Shown here piece after piece: positions 36,363 through 48,680 of a stretch of DNA of 64,000 bases (its first letter is position 1; every line of letters begins with the position of its first letter). The notes beneath the pieces are model-generated. The model made no database searches, had not been told where the DNA came from, and saw only the letters and a program-made list of their open reading frames with translations. This DNA comes from Vicugna vicugna (lineage: Eukaryota). The stretch lies in the NCBI GenBank assembly GCA_013265495.1, contig MU058687.1:3350001-3414000 (forward strand). The letters run 5' to 3'. A program made the translations under genes and the position numbers.

Positions 36363-36571
36363 CAGTTGGCCCTTGAATAACATCTGTTTGAACTGTGTGG
36401 GTCCACTTAAATGCTGGTTTTCTTTTTTTAACTAAATACTACAGAACTACATGACCTACGGTTGATTGACTCCGTGAATGCCCAATCCTGGCTGCTGAGG
36501 GCTGACTATAAATTACACTTGGATTTTTGACTGCGTGGGGGTTAACCTCCATGATGTTCAAAGGTCAGCTG
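36363..36571. mobile_element. Tigger2-derived MITE (MER8/Tigger2a-like)
   Basis: TIRs CAGTTGGCCCTTGAATAACA ... TGATGTTCAAAGGTCAGCTG; gtttgaactgtgtgggtccactta typical of Tigger2 ends. Confidence 0.8.
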
Positions 36572-37054
36572 AACTTATAAGGTGATTGGGGCAGAAGTCA
36601 CAAACTTTTCTAACTGGTTACTTTAAAGGGTACCCTGGAAAAAGTAAAGTGGGAACTTATGACGGAATCCTAGACTCAGACCCTTCTCCAAATATCCAGA
36701 CCCTGCGGGTGAGTAGGGTTGTCATACTGTAAAATGCCTAGGCAGCAACTCAGAAAAACAAAGTTATTTTTTTCTCAAAAATTGTTTTCCTCATCACATA
36801 GCAGAAGTAGGGAAGTCTTTGGGGAGGAGAACCGTAAGTCGGTGTATTTGGAAATTATTTGATAGCTGGTTGCTTATACACAGATGCTTTGTAATTTAGA
36901 TGACAGAGCATGAAATTAGCTATTGTTTCTGTGTATTAGATTGTGGTCCAGACTTGTTGGACTGAACAAAATACAAGGAGTGGATGGGCCCGGAGTGTTT
37001 TTGTTTGTTTGTTTTCTGTTTTCTAGGAAATCTGATTCCCCCCCCTCTGTCTTT

Positions 37055-37280
37055 TTCCTTTCATTTATTGAGCACGAACTATGTGCTGAGCCCTGTGCTA
37101 AGTTCTTTTTTATGCATTGCTTCTTTTGATCACCACAGTGACAGTTACCATGTTTCTCCTCCTTTTACTGATGAGGAAACTGAGGCTCCACAGTTAATTA
37201 ACTTGCCCAAGGTTCCATGACAAGAAAGTAGCAAAGTAGGATTTGAACCCAGGTCTTTTTGATTCTAAAGCCATTGCTAT
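37055..37280 (-). mobile_element. MIR SINE
   Basis: catttattgagcac...ttttactgatgaggaaactgaggct...aacttgcccaaggt...ggatttgaacccaggtct. Confidence 0.8.
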
Positions 37281-39047
37281 TAGTTGTTAGATTTTATGAC
37301 CCCTTCTTGTTTTAATCAAGACCAATTGCAGCTTGTGTTGGCCTTTTATACTGTATACACTTGGTTTGACATCCACGGCCACCCTGGTGCCCAGCCTACT
37401 GTCCTCGCCAGCACCTGTCATACCTGGGAGTGACTGGGTGGCTACCTTGACTGCCTGCCATTGGTGATTCTAGTTTCATGAGTGTGTATCCACCTCTCAG
37501 TCTACACTGTAAGCTCCTTGCCCATGAGGATTGTGGTTATACTTCCTTTCAATCCCACAATGCTTTTACGTAGAGAAATTCAGTAAAAGCCAGCTCCCTG
37601 GCACATGGTTGAACACATCTACCTTTTACTGTTTACTGACTCTAGGACCTTGGGTATATCACAGAACCTCTCTGAGATGATTTCTTCATCTTTAAAGACG
37701 TATATTAAAGAGCTATTTTACAGAGATATTGGGCAAGTTAAAAATAATGACCACTTCTCCTTGTGCCCTCCTTTCAGGGGGAAAAACTCTCCTTGGCCCA
37801 GCTTGGACCAGGTACCCACAACAAGGCTGGAGCACTCTGTCCAAGGGGATGCAGTCATGTGTGCATGTGTGTCCAGGAGTTGGGTGGGGTGGAAGGCAGA
37901 AGTGCCCAGCAGAGACCTTGAGGGCCTCAGGACAGCCTGTGAGTGCCTGGAGTCTGGGGTATCGCTCTGCTATAACCGGAAGGGTAGATGGGCTCCTTGG
38001 CTGCTGGGACCAGGATGTTCAGGGCTGCAGCATTCTCGTCTTAATTTCTAAAGTAATGGTTTTCTATATGGTTCAATCAGGAACTAATTATGTAGGATCT
38101 TTGAACGTTTCTTCCATCTTTGTTGCCAACTGTTATTTAACTCTTCATGTGGTTTATTGCCTCCAACATGCACTTAATTACGTCAGCATCCTTCAAAGCA
38201 CTGAAGAGAGTATAAGTCCAACATAGATGTTCACTCTGTTGGTTGATTTTGTGGGTGGAAGAGGGTAGCAGGTTCCCACAGGGCACTGGGCTGCCTTGTC
38301 TTCTGTGTGTGCCCATGGTCCCATCCTGCCTCAGGAACTGTAGCTCCAGCAAGGCAGGACCCTCAAAATTCTAAGACCTTCAGTTGAGCTGGGGTGGTGA
38401 CTGGGGATGACCAGCCTGGGGGCCATGAGGGCCACCTCCCGCTCTGTAAGGGTAGGTGGGCATCAGACTGCAAGTTAAGGCTGGCCTGTCCTGGACAGCC
38501 TGCCCAACTGCCAACTCCATGTGTCTGATGCCCCCCCCCGGAAAGATTTCCTTCAGTTAATAGGATACCCATGCTAAAATTTGCTGAGTTAAAGAGCCCT
38601 AAGTTTAGAGTGTTTTCTAGACCTTCCTTGACATTTATTAGTTATTTTTTTAGCTGTTTCTTTATAAGCAAAAATTCTGAGTTTCTTATCCTTAAAGATA
38701 CCAACACTTGCCTCCCTGGGCTGCTGTAAGGATTCGAACAAATAACGAATATGACCATGTTATGTTTTATAAATTGTTCATCTCCAAACAGATAGTAGCT
38801 TCAGTATGGCTGAGGGGTGGATGGCAAATACATGAACTCAATGTATCCTTGAATGAATCGTCAGTGGGTTAGAATTGATTGAAAGCCTTGAACGAACGCT
38901 TGTTTCTGAGGGAATGGGACTTGGACCAGGTAAGTTTTGAAGGAAAGACAGAGATCAGAAGCATTGGGCCATCTGAGAAGGCTGGTTGTGATTTGAGGTT
39001 GGAATTGACTGCTCTGGGTACTAGGAAACTGAAGGGGAATAAGAGAG

Positions 39048-39050
<3 letters not shown>

Positions 39051-39098
<48 letters not shown>
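39051..39098 (+). repeat. (GT)24 microsatellite preceded by (GA)4
   Basis: Direct reading; ends 107 nt upstream of exon 4. Confidence 0.97.
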
Positions 39099-39100
<2 letters not shown>

Positions 39101-39205
39101 ACTGGGCGGTGAATCAGAGTTTCCAAGCAGAGGGGGCAGGAAAGGAGAATGACATCCAGCGGACAGCACACACTCACATCTCTGGCCCTGCCTCTCTCCC
39201 TGCAG

Positions 39206-39409
39206 GTGCACCTTCGCTCCGCCAGGCGCCTCTGTGAGCTCTGCTGTGCCAACCGGGGCACGTTCATCAAGGTGGGCCAGCACCTGGGGGCTCTGGACTA
39301 CCTGCTGCCGGAGGAGTACACCAGCACGCTGAAGGTGCTGCACAGCCAGGCCCCACAGAGCAGCATGCAGGAGGTCCGCCAGGTCATCCGCGAGGACCTG
39401 GGCAAGGAG
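39206..39409 (+). CDS. ADCK1: ADCK1 exon 4, aa 74-141 VHLRSARRLCELCCANRGTFIKVGQHLGALDYLLPEEYTSTLKVLHSQAPQSSMQEVRQVIREDLGKE
   Basis: Acceptor CCTCTCTCCCTGCAG|, donor GAG|GTACCC, 204 nt, phase 0/0. Contains the UbiB-family KxGQ motif (KVGQ, 39269-39280). Confidence 0.96.
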
Positions 39410-39595
39410 GTACCCACCTCTGCCAGGGAGGGATGGGCCCCGGGGCAGTATGCTTCTGAAGAGGCCTCCTGCAGAGTTCTCGCTGCTTGACCTCAGGCCC
39501 TGGGATCCACCAGTGGGAGGAACCACGCTCCACAGAAACTTTTGTTGTGAAATTAGAGAGCTTAGAAGGAACCTGACTGGCCTTTAGTAAAAAAC

Positions 39596-39677
39596 ATTAG
39601 TGGGACCATATGAAATAATTGGTATTTGACTATTTATGACCTGTGAGCTAATATGATTCATATGGTTCAACTTAATA
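39596..39677. mobile_element. MADE2-like mariner MITE
   Basis: About 80-bp inverted-repeat element: attagtgggaccatatgaaa ... ttcatatggttcaacttaata. Confidence 0.75.
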
Positions 39678-42600
39678 ACATCTATCAGTTATTGAGGGTT
39701 TACTTCATGCTGACAGCTGTGCTCTTTTCCACACCTTATCTCACATAGTCCTCATGGCAAACCTATGGGGTAGGCACTGTTATTAACCCCATTTTGCGGA
39801 TGAGATGTGGAAGCTTAGAGTCAGGTAAAGTTAGTAAGTGGTTCCAGTGCCCTGCTCTGTGCTGCCAGCAGTGAGCTGTCCTAAATATTCAAAGCAGTGG
39901 ATTTTCTAGGCTTTTCTGGGCCTCTGCTTGATTACCTCCAGTGATAGGAAGCTTACTGTTTTACCTGCTGCCCAAAGTAATGTGTTCTATATATTGCCAG
40001 TCATCTCCAACTGTAATAAGTTCTTCCTCCTAAGTGCTAAAATCTGCCTCATGTTTCTGATCTTCATTTCACCCCCTGGAGCAACCAAAGAAAGGGGCTA
40101 AAGGCCCATCTGTACGCAGCCCTGGTTGCATTCCTTTGGACTCGTGCCAGTGACCTGCAGGATGTGTGGAGCTCAGACTGGGCACGTGGCATGGATCCTC
40201 GCTGGCCTGTTCTGCTCATCTTGCTTTTGGGGATGGGGTGGGGTGGGAGCAGCTGTCTGCAGGTTGCTGATCTTCCAAATTATGTGCTGTAGTTTCATGG
40301 TACCTCAGAGAGTTCTACTAAAAAAACTGCTTTCCTCCCTTCACCTGTTACTGAATTTGAAATTCTCCTCTTAGAGAATCCTTTGGAACTTCTAGAATTT
40401 TTCTGAGCAAAAAAGTCTCAAAGTTGAGCCTAGATCAGCTGATGCCTTTCCTAAGATTATTTTATTACCATTGATGCCTCCCAGTTTCTCCAAATAGAAT
40501 CTTCAGCAGGACTTTCAAGGTCCACCCAGTCTGCTTTCAACTTGCCACAGTCTCTGTCTGCCTGGAATCTCTCTACCCCATTCTCCCCCTGTCAAGTGAT
40601 TCCTTGTGTTTCTAGGCCATTTGTCCATCTATCTATCCAACTACCAAATGCCGGACACTACGCTACATGCTGGGTGCCTCGGCCACATCCCAGCTCTCCT
40701 GTGAAGTCTTCTCTGACCCTCTGCCCACCTCTGCTCCCTCCACTTGTACTCTTGTGGCTTGCTCAGTTGCGTCTAACTGGTTTCACTGTAAGCTGTAAGG
40801 TCTTTGGGGATGAAGGCCAGGATGGTCCTTTTACTTCTGGCTATAGTTCCAGAACAGTACACGGTGTATAGTGGGCAGCAATGTTTGTTTAATGAATCAA
40901 TAGCTGATGAGTGACAGTTTCCTTAGGCTGCCAAGGGCTGGACAGAGAGTAGGGGCAGAGCTTCATAAAGACCAGTTGTTCCATTTTTGCTGATCTGCAT
41001 GGAGGTGGCCCTAGCTGTCAATCCTTTACTGTAGAGCTGGTATCATTTGCCCAGCATCCAGCCAAAGATGTCCCACTCCTCAGTGAGAGCCTGGCCCGAG
41101 CCGGCCTCATTAACTGACTCTCTAGGGGGCTTGGATCACACTGGAGGTGAGCACAGAAACCTCTGTGGACTCCTCTCCTCCCGAGGAACATCCCCTCCCA
41201 GGGACCAGGGGAGATTGAGTGAAGAGTAAACCTGATTTAGGGCCGGAGTCAGGAGCAGCCCACAGGCTGGGAAGAGCAGGGTTAGGATGGAGGAGCCGCA
41301 GGCAGAGGGGATGGGGTTGGCCTGCCACAGCCCGTGCGGGGCTTTACTTCTTGCCAAGACTTTTGGCCTCCTGCTTCCTACAGCACGAGATGCACCCCCA
41401 AATTAAAACTAAATAAATCACTGTAATAACAGTGTGAAGTGCATCGTTGCTGGCATGTGGCAGCTCCGTGGGGGTGGAGGCAAGAGAGGGAAGGCAGCAG
41501 ATTAACCCTTAGAGACCGACGTGTCTATAGAGAGCTGGATGGGAGGCAGGAGCAGGTCAGTGGCTTCCTCCAAGCCAGGGCAGAGCGACATGGGACGCTC
41601 GGGGTGTCAGCATTCATGGTGGGCTCACCCAGCTGGCCAAAGGATGTCGGGCTGGAAGATGCTGCCTACACCTTCGGGGCTTCTTCTCTAGGACCCTGGC
41701 CAAGTAGTTCTGAGCCTGGTGGCCTGTGGCTCCTGCCGCACAGCTTGTCTCAAGCCCTCCGAGAAGAGGAGGCTGATGTCAAGGTCACGGCTCAGAGGGG
41801 GTGTCCCTCACAGCTGGGAAGCTCAGAAAACTCTGGTTTCTTACCCCGTGGGCCCCACAGGCACACAATCAAGTCTTTCCTCCCCCCTTCCCCCTCCCCC
41901 CTCCTGGGAAGACGGTGTTTGTTCCCTGTGACACACTTTCTCTGCCTGTGGGTGGAGGGAGGGGAAAGGGGACGTGGGAAGCAGGGTAGGTGGGTGTGGG
42001 GGTGTGAGGGCAGGGAAAGTCACTCACTGTACACTTCCCTCCTCCTCCAGCCCCTCCCATGACACTTCTCAGGGAGCAGCCCCATCCCCAGGAAGATACT
42101 TGAGCCGGCCCCATGAATCTGGGGCTCTATGCCTGCCCTGGGACCCTCCATTTCACCCCTGGTTTCAGGAATGTGGTTAAAGGAAGCCGAGCCTGTGACA
42201 CATCACGACTTTTTTCCAGGTCTGAGTCCTTGGGTAGGCTCTGAGGTCACCCAGAGCACAAAAACTGCATTGCTGCCCTGAAATCTCAGACTGAAGAGAG
42301 GCGGGGTTGGGGGTAGGGCAGCCAGATAGGTGCTCGAGGCCGGTGTGTTCCAGCTTGCACTGATTGGTTCCATCTGTGCCTCCTGGGGACCCCTCCCATC
42401 AGCACAGGTCTTGGAGGGTCACCAGTGTCCTCAGATCTATCCCTGTCCCAGGCAGATGGGGCTGGCTCTGAGGGGTGTCCCCAGCATGGGGGATGAGGGA
42501 GAGGTTACAGCTCTTCTGGACCCCATGATTTGCATGTGGTTCTGGGTCAGTCCAGATTCCTGGACAGCAGCCAGTGCCATCAGTGTAGAGGTGAGGGCAA

Positions 42601-43024
42601 GTCAAGGGGCACCATCCTGGCCTAGGGATTGGCCGTGGAGTGTGCTGCTGGTGGGGGGACCATGGAACTAAGGGAGGGGCATGTGAGGGACAGGATGAGA
42701 CTCAGATCTTCTTTTCTTCCGGCTCGGGCTTTGTCCCTTGTGTAACAGAGCTTCTGTTTGGCATAAGTCCTTGGGAAGTCACTTTTCTATGTGTTTGTAT
42801 CTGTGCCTTAGTAGAGTCTTCTAGTATTATCAGAGAGAAACTTGTCCCTTTTATTTTAAATGTTAGGCTTAAGTATTGAAGAACAGGTTCTGGGAAGCAG
42901 TCAGAAGTCAGAACTCTAAGAGGTGGGGTCATTTCTGTAGCCCCCAAAGAGACTTTGGTCTGGGGTAGGTTGGGGATGGTCTCAGCCTGGGTCCACTGAC
43001 TGCCCTTGGGGCTCTGGGTCCGCG

Positions 43025-43057
43025 TGCAGTGCTGATCTCGACCAGCAGGTGGCGCCT
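43025..43057 (+). promoter_or_regulatory. CTCF binding site with upstream motif
   Basis: Core CGACCAGCAGGTGGCGCCT (43039-43057) matches CCASYAGRKGGCRC. TGCAGTGCT (43025-43033) lies 5 bp upstream. Confidence 0.8.
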
Positions 43058-44978
43058 GAGCTTGAGAGTCAGGGAAGTGTTGAAGACATGGCCCTTCCTT
43101 GGCTAGAGGAGCCGGGACAGTTGGATGAGACTCAGGCTCTTTCTACTCCTGGGCATGGTCTGTGCTGTGGAGGAAGGCTAGGCTGACACCTCTGCACCCT
43201 GAATGGGGCATACCCAGGCCTAAGCCATGAGGCTGTTGACCACTTGGGCCCCAGGAGCTCTTGGCTCTGTGCTGGAGGACCTGGCAGGGTTTTTCACGCT
43301 GACCACCAACCCATCCTTACAGCTTCCTTGTTTGGTGTAGGAGCCCTCTGAGGCCCCCTGCAGCTTCTAACAGCATGCAGTTCTGTGGTTCAACACTTTT
43401 CCTTCATTTTCCCATTTCTTCTCTCTCTGTCGTCTAAGTATTTAGTGAAAAAGGCAGAGCTGGAAGCTGTGGCTGCAGCCAAAATGAGTAAGACCTCATT
43501 TTGGTCCCTGTTGTCTGGGGTCATTAGGAGGTAGACTCATCACTGTAATACCTGGCCATGTGAGTGCCTTCGGGGTTTGAGAGAGAGAGAAAGAGAGATT
43601 ACATTTGGGTGGATGGACACTTTCTTAAGCAGGTGGCATATGACCCAGGCTCTCACAAATGGGTGGAGGTGCAGGTGGAGGTTGGAGGTGGGGATTACTG
43701 ATGAACGAGATGGGCCAAATAAAGCATAAATCTTGGAGAGTGCATGGTGAATTGTCTTGTTGGCTAGTATATGAGGTCCAAGCTGGTGGGTAGCGGAGCT
43801 GAGGTTGCAAAGCTGGGGCTGAGGTTATGTTACGAAGGACCTTTGAATGTTTTTTCATAACACGAGCCTGGGGGAGAGGAGAACTTGGAGAGGGGCCTGA
43901 GCAAAGAAGGATAGAGTAGGGCTGGATTTTCTTAGTAACATGGGAAGTGAGGTCATCTTTTATAGATGGTGGAGGCCGGAGGTTTGAGGTGGGGGAGAGC
44001 TAGGGGATAGCCATTACATTGGGACTTAGGCAGAGATGATAGAATTGTCGGCTGCAGTGGTACAGTTATTTGTGGTCATAGATGCACATGTATCCATCCC
44101 CCATTCCCCTCCCCAACAGGTACGGACAAGGCCAATCTCTCTACAAGATATTTCAATGAATGATCCAGTTTTGTTGTTGTCCTGGAACATAGTTGTATCA
44201 GATAATGTTCTTTCCAACTCTGAAATTCTATGAAAAACCAAAGAAAATGAGGTCAGGGGCTGGTGTGGAGCATAGAAATTCCTTAGTTAGGGGCAATGCT
44301 TTTACTGGTGTTGGCTTTTTGGGGTTTGGCTTTTGTACTCTGAAACCCCTGAGTGCCCACGGGGTGGGGATCTAGACTTGATCTTGTTCTGTAACTCCAC
44401 ACACCCCCAGGGACAAGTGCTCAGTATTCTTTACAGACCATATGACTGGCATGGTTCTGAGAGTGCAGATGAGAACCGCCGTGGTTTGGGGGGAGAATGC
44501 ACTGCTCGTTGTTTCCTTTGAACTTCCAGGTACAAGTGGAGGGCGACGTTTAAGGCGTAGGCAAAAGTTCAAAAAACAGATAAAGAAGCTCTTCTCCCAA
44601 GAACATCATTCAGCTTGGTGGGGGTGGCAGAGAGAAGACACTGTTGACGTGAGGACCAGCAGGAGTGAAAGCAGAAGGCGGGGAGGTGAAGCAGGACTCA
44701 CCTGGTCTGTGGGAGGGGTTCCTGGAGGTGGAAGCACCAGGTGGGAACAGTGCAGAGACTCGAGCAGAAGCTTTTGTGGAGGCCTTGGGGCTGGGGCGGT
44801 GGGGGGTGGGCATGGAGAGTGAATGGCCAACTCTCGGTGACCCTCATCATTTCTGCACGCCTGCACATGGGACCTCTGCTGGCCTGTGGAGAACTTTGTG
44901 AGGACTAGGAAAAGGTATCCGAGCTGGGCACCCTTTCCTCCAGGCGGCAGCAGCTCTACCAGGACTGGATTTCATTCT

Positions 44979-45413
44979 TCTATTAGTGAGGGGCTGCCAG
45001 AGAAACAGAACCAATAGGGTATATGTGTACAGAATAAATAAATTAGTGATTGGATGATTGATTGATTTTAAGGAATTGGCTTATGCAATTTTGAAGGTTG
45101 GCAAGTCCAAAATCTCCAGGGTGGCCCTTTGGGCTGGAGACCCAAGAAGAGCTGATGTTTTAGTTCAAGTCTGAAGGCCACGTGCTGGCAGGATTCCTCT
45201 TGCTTGGGGAGGTCAGTCTTGTTCTAATCAGGTTTTCAACTGATTGGATGAGGCCTACCTACATTATGGAGGGCAACCTGCTTTGCTCAAATTCCACTGA
45301 TTTAAATATAAATCTCACCTCCAGACACCCTTACAGAAACATCAGAATAATGTTTGACCAGATAGCTGGGCACTGTGACCCTGCCAGGTTGACACGTGAA
45401 ATTACCCCTCATG
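44979..45413 (-). mobile_element. MLT2 (ERVL) solo LTR
   Basis: tattagtgaggggctgccagagaaacagaaccaatagg...gattggatgaggcctacctacattatggagggcaac...ccaggttgacacgtgaaatta. Confidence 0.85.
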
Positions 45414-45499
45414 GTTCCCCACACGGCCCTCGGCCAGGCCTGCACGTTTGTACCCTGGGTTCTGCCTTCACCCGGTGTTCAAGCTTATTGAGCCTTTGA

Positions 45500-45715
45500 A
45501 GTGGGCGGGAGCCAGACTGCATGTTGGTTTGTTGGCTTTGTGACCTTGGGTGTGTTACGTAGCATCTCTGTGCCTCAGTTTCCTCATCTGTAAAATAAGA
45601 GTAATAAAAGTGCCTGCCTCACAGGCCTGCTGTGAGGATTAGATGAATTCATGAACGAGGAGCATGTGAAACATGCCTGGCACAGAGCAAATGGCCCACA
45701 AACATTAGCTGTTAT
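45500..45715 (+). mobile_element. MIR SINE
   Basis: tgtgaccttggg...ctctgtgcctcagtttcctcatctgtaaaat...gtgaggattagatga. Confidence 0.8.
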
Positions 45716-48529
45716 TTCTGTGCTGAGCTGAATGCTTTTATGTACAAGGAACTATGGTTCTGAAAGATTTTGAAGGGTGGAGTTGGGCCTTGAACCAGAT
45801 TTTCTGATATGGTGTACGGTAGAAGCATCCTCCCATCTCTTCCCTTCCCTGATCAGTGCCCAGCGTGTGTTCTGTCTAGGCCAGCCCCTTCCCACCCACT
45901 GTTAGAGATCCCCCACAGGCTACCTTCGAGCCTGTCATCCGGGCTTCTGGAGCACTTACCCCACTGACTGTCCCCAACAGACCTCTACCTTGGGGGCCGC
46001 TGGCAGTTTCCTGAGGCCCATAGGCGGCACCTACTGTGTGCTCTTGGTCTGACTCTGCGGATGAGTGGGTGGAGGTGGAGCCCTGGGGGCCCGGGGGCAC
46101 AAGTTGTTGGCTGTGCTGTGTCCAGGACCCACCCAGCCCTCCTCACTTGCAGAATGGTAGCCAGACACAGCTTCCCTTGTCCCGGAGGAGCCAGGTCTGG
46201 GGTGAGTGTAGGGACGAATACACCCTGGGTTGGATTAGGGCAGAGGGCAGAGAGCCCTTCCTGATAGGGGGCAGAAACGTTGCTCCCCTGATGACACATG
46301 CCTCCATGCTCTCATGTTTCTTGGTGCCTTCTTTTCATGGCCATCCAGCCTCTCCCTGTCCTTCTCTTGTTTACTCACACATATCTGCTGAGCTTTCCTT
46401 TGTGCCGGGCACTGTGCCGGCTCCTGGGGGGTCCCTGCCCTCTGGGACACCTGCCCTGTTCCCACACACACTGGCAGGGCCAGCCAAGGTCTGCTCTCCC
46501 TTCATGACCACCCCACCCCTCAGCTGCTCTACTGGCCCTGAGCTGAGAACAACCTGGAGGGCTTCACCTGTCTGTAGATTTGCTTCTCTTGGTCTTCAGC
46601 TCAACCTTTGTTCGTTCTGGCGTCTGGCTTCTTTGTCTCCCTAGACAGCCCCCCCACCTCCCCCAAGGCTACTGTGTGCGTGTTCTGGGAATGGAACAGA
46701 AGGAGCTGGAGTGCGAGGAGGACCGGGGAGGGGCCGGGGAGAGATTACCCTCCCTCCGACTTGGGCTTATCCAGCCTTCCCAGCAGCTCTCAATAAAAAG
46801 TACATTTATATTAAAAACATAATGAAGAATAGAAAAACATTTTCCCCCCAATAATTCCAAACATCAAAAGGAGATTTTTATCAATTATGAGACAGAGAGA
46901 TTTTGGCCATAAAATGGTAATTTAACGAGTGGGAGATGGATGGCAGGAAGCATTAATGTCAGCCGGACGGATGGTGCACCATTAGTCACCAGGAGAGACC
47001 GAGGCGGCCGTGCTGGCTCCTCCTCCCCAGGCCCTGCACCCTTCCCCAGGCCTGCGAGGCCTCCTCCTGGGTGGGCACTGGGGGGGCTCCTGTCCAGTCT
47101 CTGGGGTACCTTCTGTCTGATTATTCTGGGTGAACCTGACACATCTTGGGCCACGTCCCTCTCGTGTCTTGGAATAGAGGTCCCCAGAGACCTACTCAGC
47201 CGCCCCCAACCCCCAACTTTCTTTCCAGCTCTGTCGCCTTCCTTGCGCTTCATAGGGCTGCACCCTGGCCGCACAGGGGTCACTAGGCAACCTGCACTTG
47301 ACCCCAGACCTGTCCTCTCGGTTTCTTCACTCCTGGGCTCTTTCTCATCCTTTAAGCTCCAGATCTAGCAACAGCACACACACTCTCTCTCTCTCTCTGA
47401 ATGCCTGCCAGGTGTCAGGCACTGCTTTAAAGGTTTCACGTGAATCAACTCCTCACTCAAACCCTCTGAGATGGTTACTATTGTTAGTTATTTTACAGGT
47501 GGGAAACTGAGGTACAGCATCTGGTGAAGTGGTTCCCTTGGGCCTCCTCACCCATCCCCCAGTCAGGATTGGTGGCTCTTTTGTGTTCCCCCTGTTGTAG
47601 CTCTGTGTTGTGTTAAGGTTGGTTGCGTCCCCATCTTGAATTCCCCGTGGGGCCGAGTGTGGACTCTATACATAGTAGCTGTTAGTCAATGTGGTTGGGT
47701 TGAGTTGCAGAACTTCTTCTGATGCCTCTGTCCCCTTGAACAGGACGGTCCTCTCACTCCAGCCTGGTCATCTCATCATCTCAAAGGTTGGTCTATGTTC
47801 TTGGAATGGAGGCCGCTTCCCACTCATCTTGGGGTTTTTTCAGTGCCTGACACCCACAGATGCTCAATAATGGATTGTAATGTGCACTGAGATAGGGACA
47901 GTCCACCCACTGCAGGACGTCATGGCCTGGGGTTGTGCAGCCTGGTGTCCTCGGGGTAGCCAGCTCTGTCCCTGCCTCAGTCTGGGTCCCATTGTTCCCT
48001 GGGACATTCCTGTACGAGATTGTGGAGGGCGGTGTGTGTGTTTGGGGCTATCTAAACTACAGGCTGGGGCTAGGACAAGGGCTGGCTTCTAGAAGGAGCA
48101 AAAGGCTCATCTCTGAGACAGCATGGCATATAGGTTCATAAAATAAGCTCTGGGTTCAGAGATCCTTGCGCGAATCCGAAAAACTACCACATCGTAACTG
48201 TATCATTAGTTCTTTCTGAGCTTTAGTCTCCTCATCTGTAAAGAGGGAAGATAACAGAACCTTCACATTAACAGGGCTGCAACAAGGATTGAACGATTAA
48301 GCCCATCTAAAGTGCGGTGCCCAGTGTGTAGTGAATCCCGGGAGCTGTTAGCTGGGGTTGTCATGTACAGGGTTGTGAGGGAGGAGTGAAGCAGTAAGAC
48401 AGCCCCTCACCTGGTGCCTCGATCTTCCCGGGGTTTGACAAACCCTGGGTCTTCTCGTTCAGCCCTCATTGGCCAGGGGCAAGTCCTTTAGACACAAATT
48501 ATCCAAAAGCATCACTAACTCATGGTTGG

Positions 48530-48680
48530 TAAGGGTTTAGAAATCATCTTGTCTAGCCCCTGTGTTTCGCAGGGGAGGAAACTGAGGCTCAGAGAGGGAA
48601 AGGAACTTGCCCAGAGTGGCACAGCTGCTTGGCAGCAGAAGCAGGATGAGAACTAGGTCTCCTGACTCCTGATCCAGCGC
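48530..48680 (-). mobile_element. MIR SINE
   Basis: gaggaaactgaggctcagagagggaaaggaacttgcccag. Confidence 0.7.

Noticed and set aside
38861..39526. 221-aa minus-strand ORF (longest in the track)
   Set aside because: Antisense shadow of GC3-rich ADCK1 exon 4 extended through the (GT)n repeat (poly-HT); GTG start and no independent gene structure.
41439..42062. 207-aa plus-strand ORF
   Set aside because: Non-ATG start, low-complexity G-rich composition and no recognisable domain; expected by chance in GC-rich intron.
46036..46644. 202-aa plus-strand ORF
   Set aside because: No recognisable homology and Pro/Ser/Cys-rich random composition; does not match the expected next ADCK1 exon.
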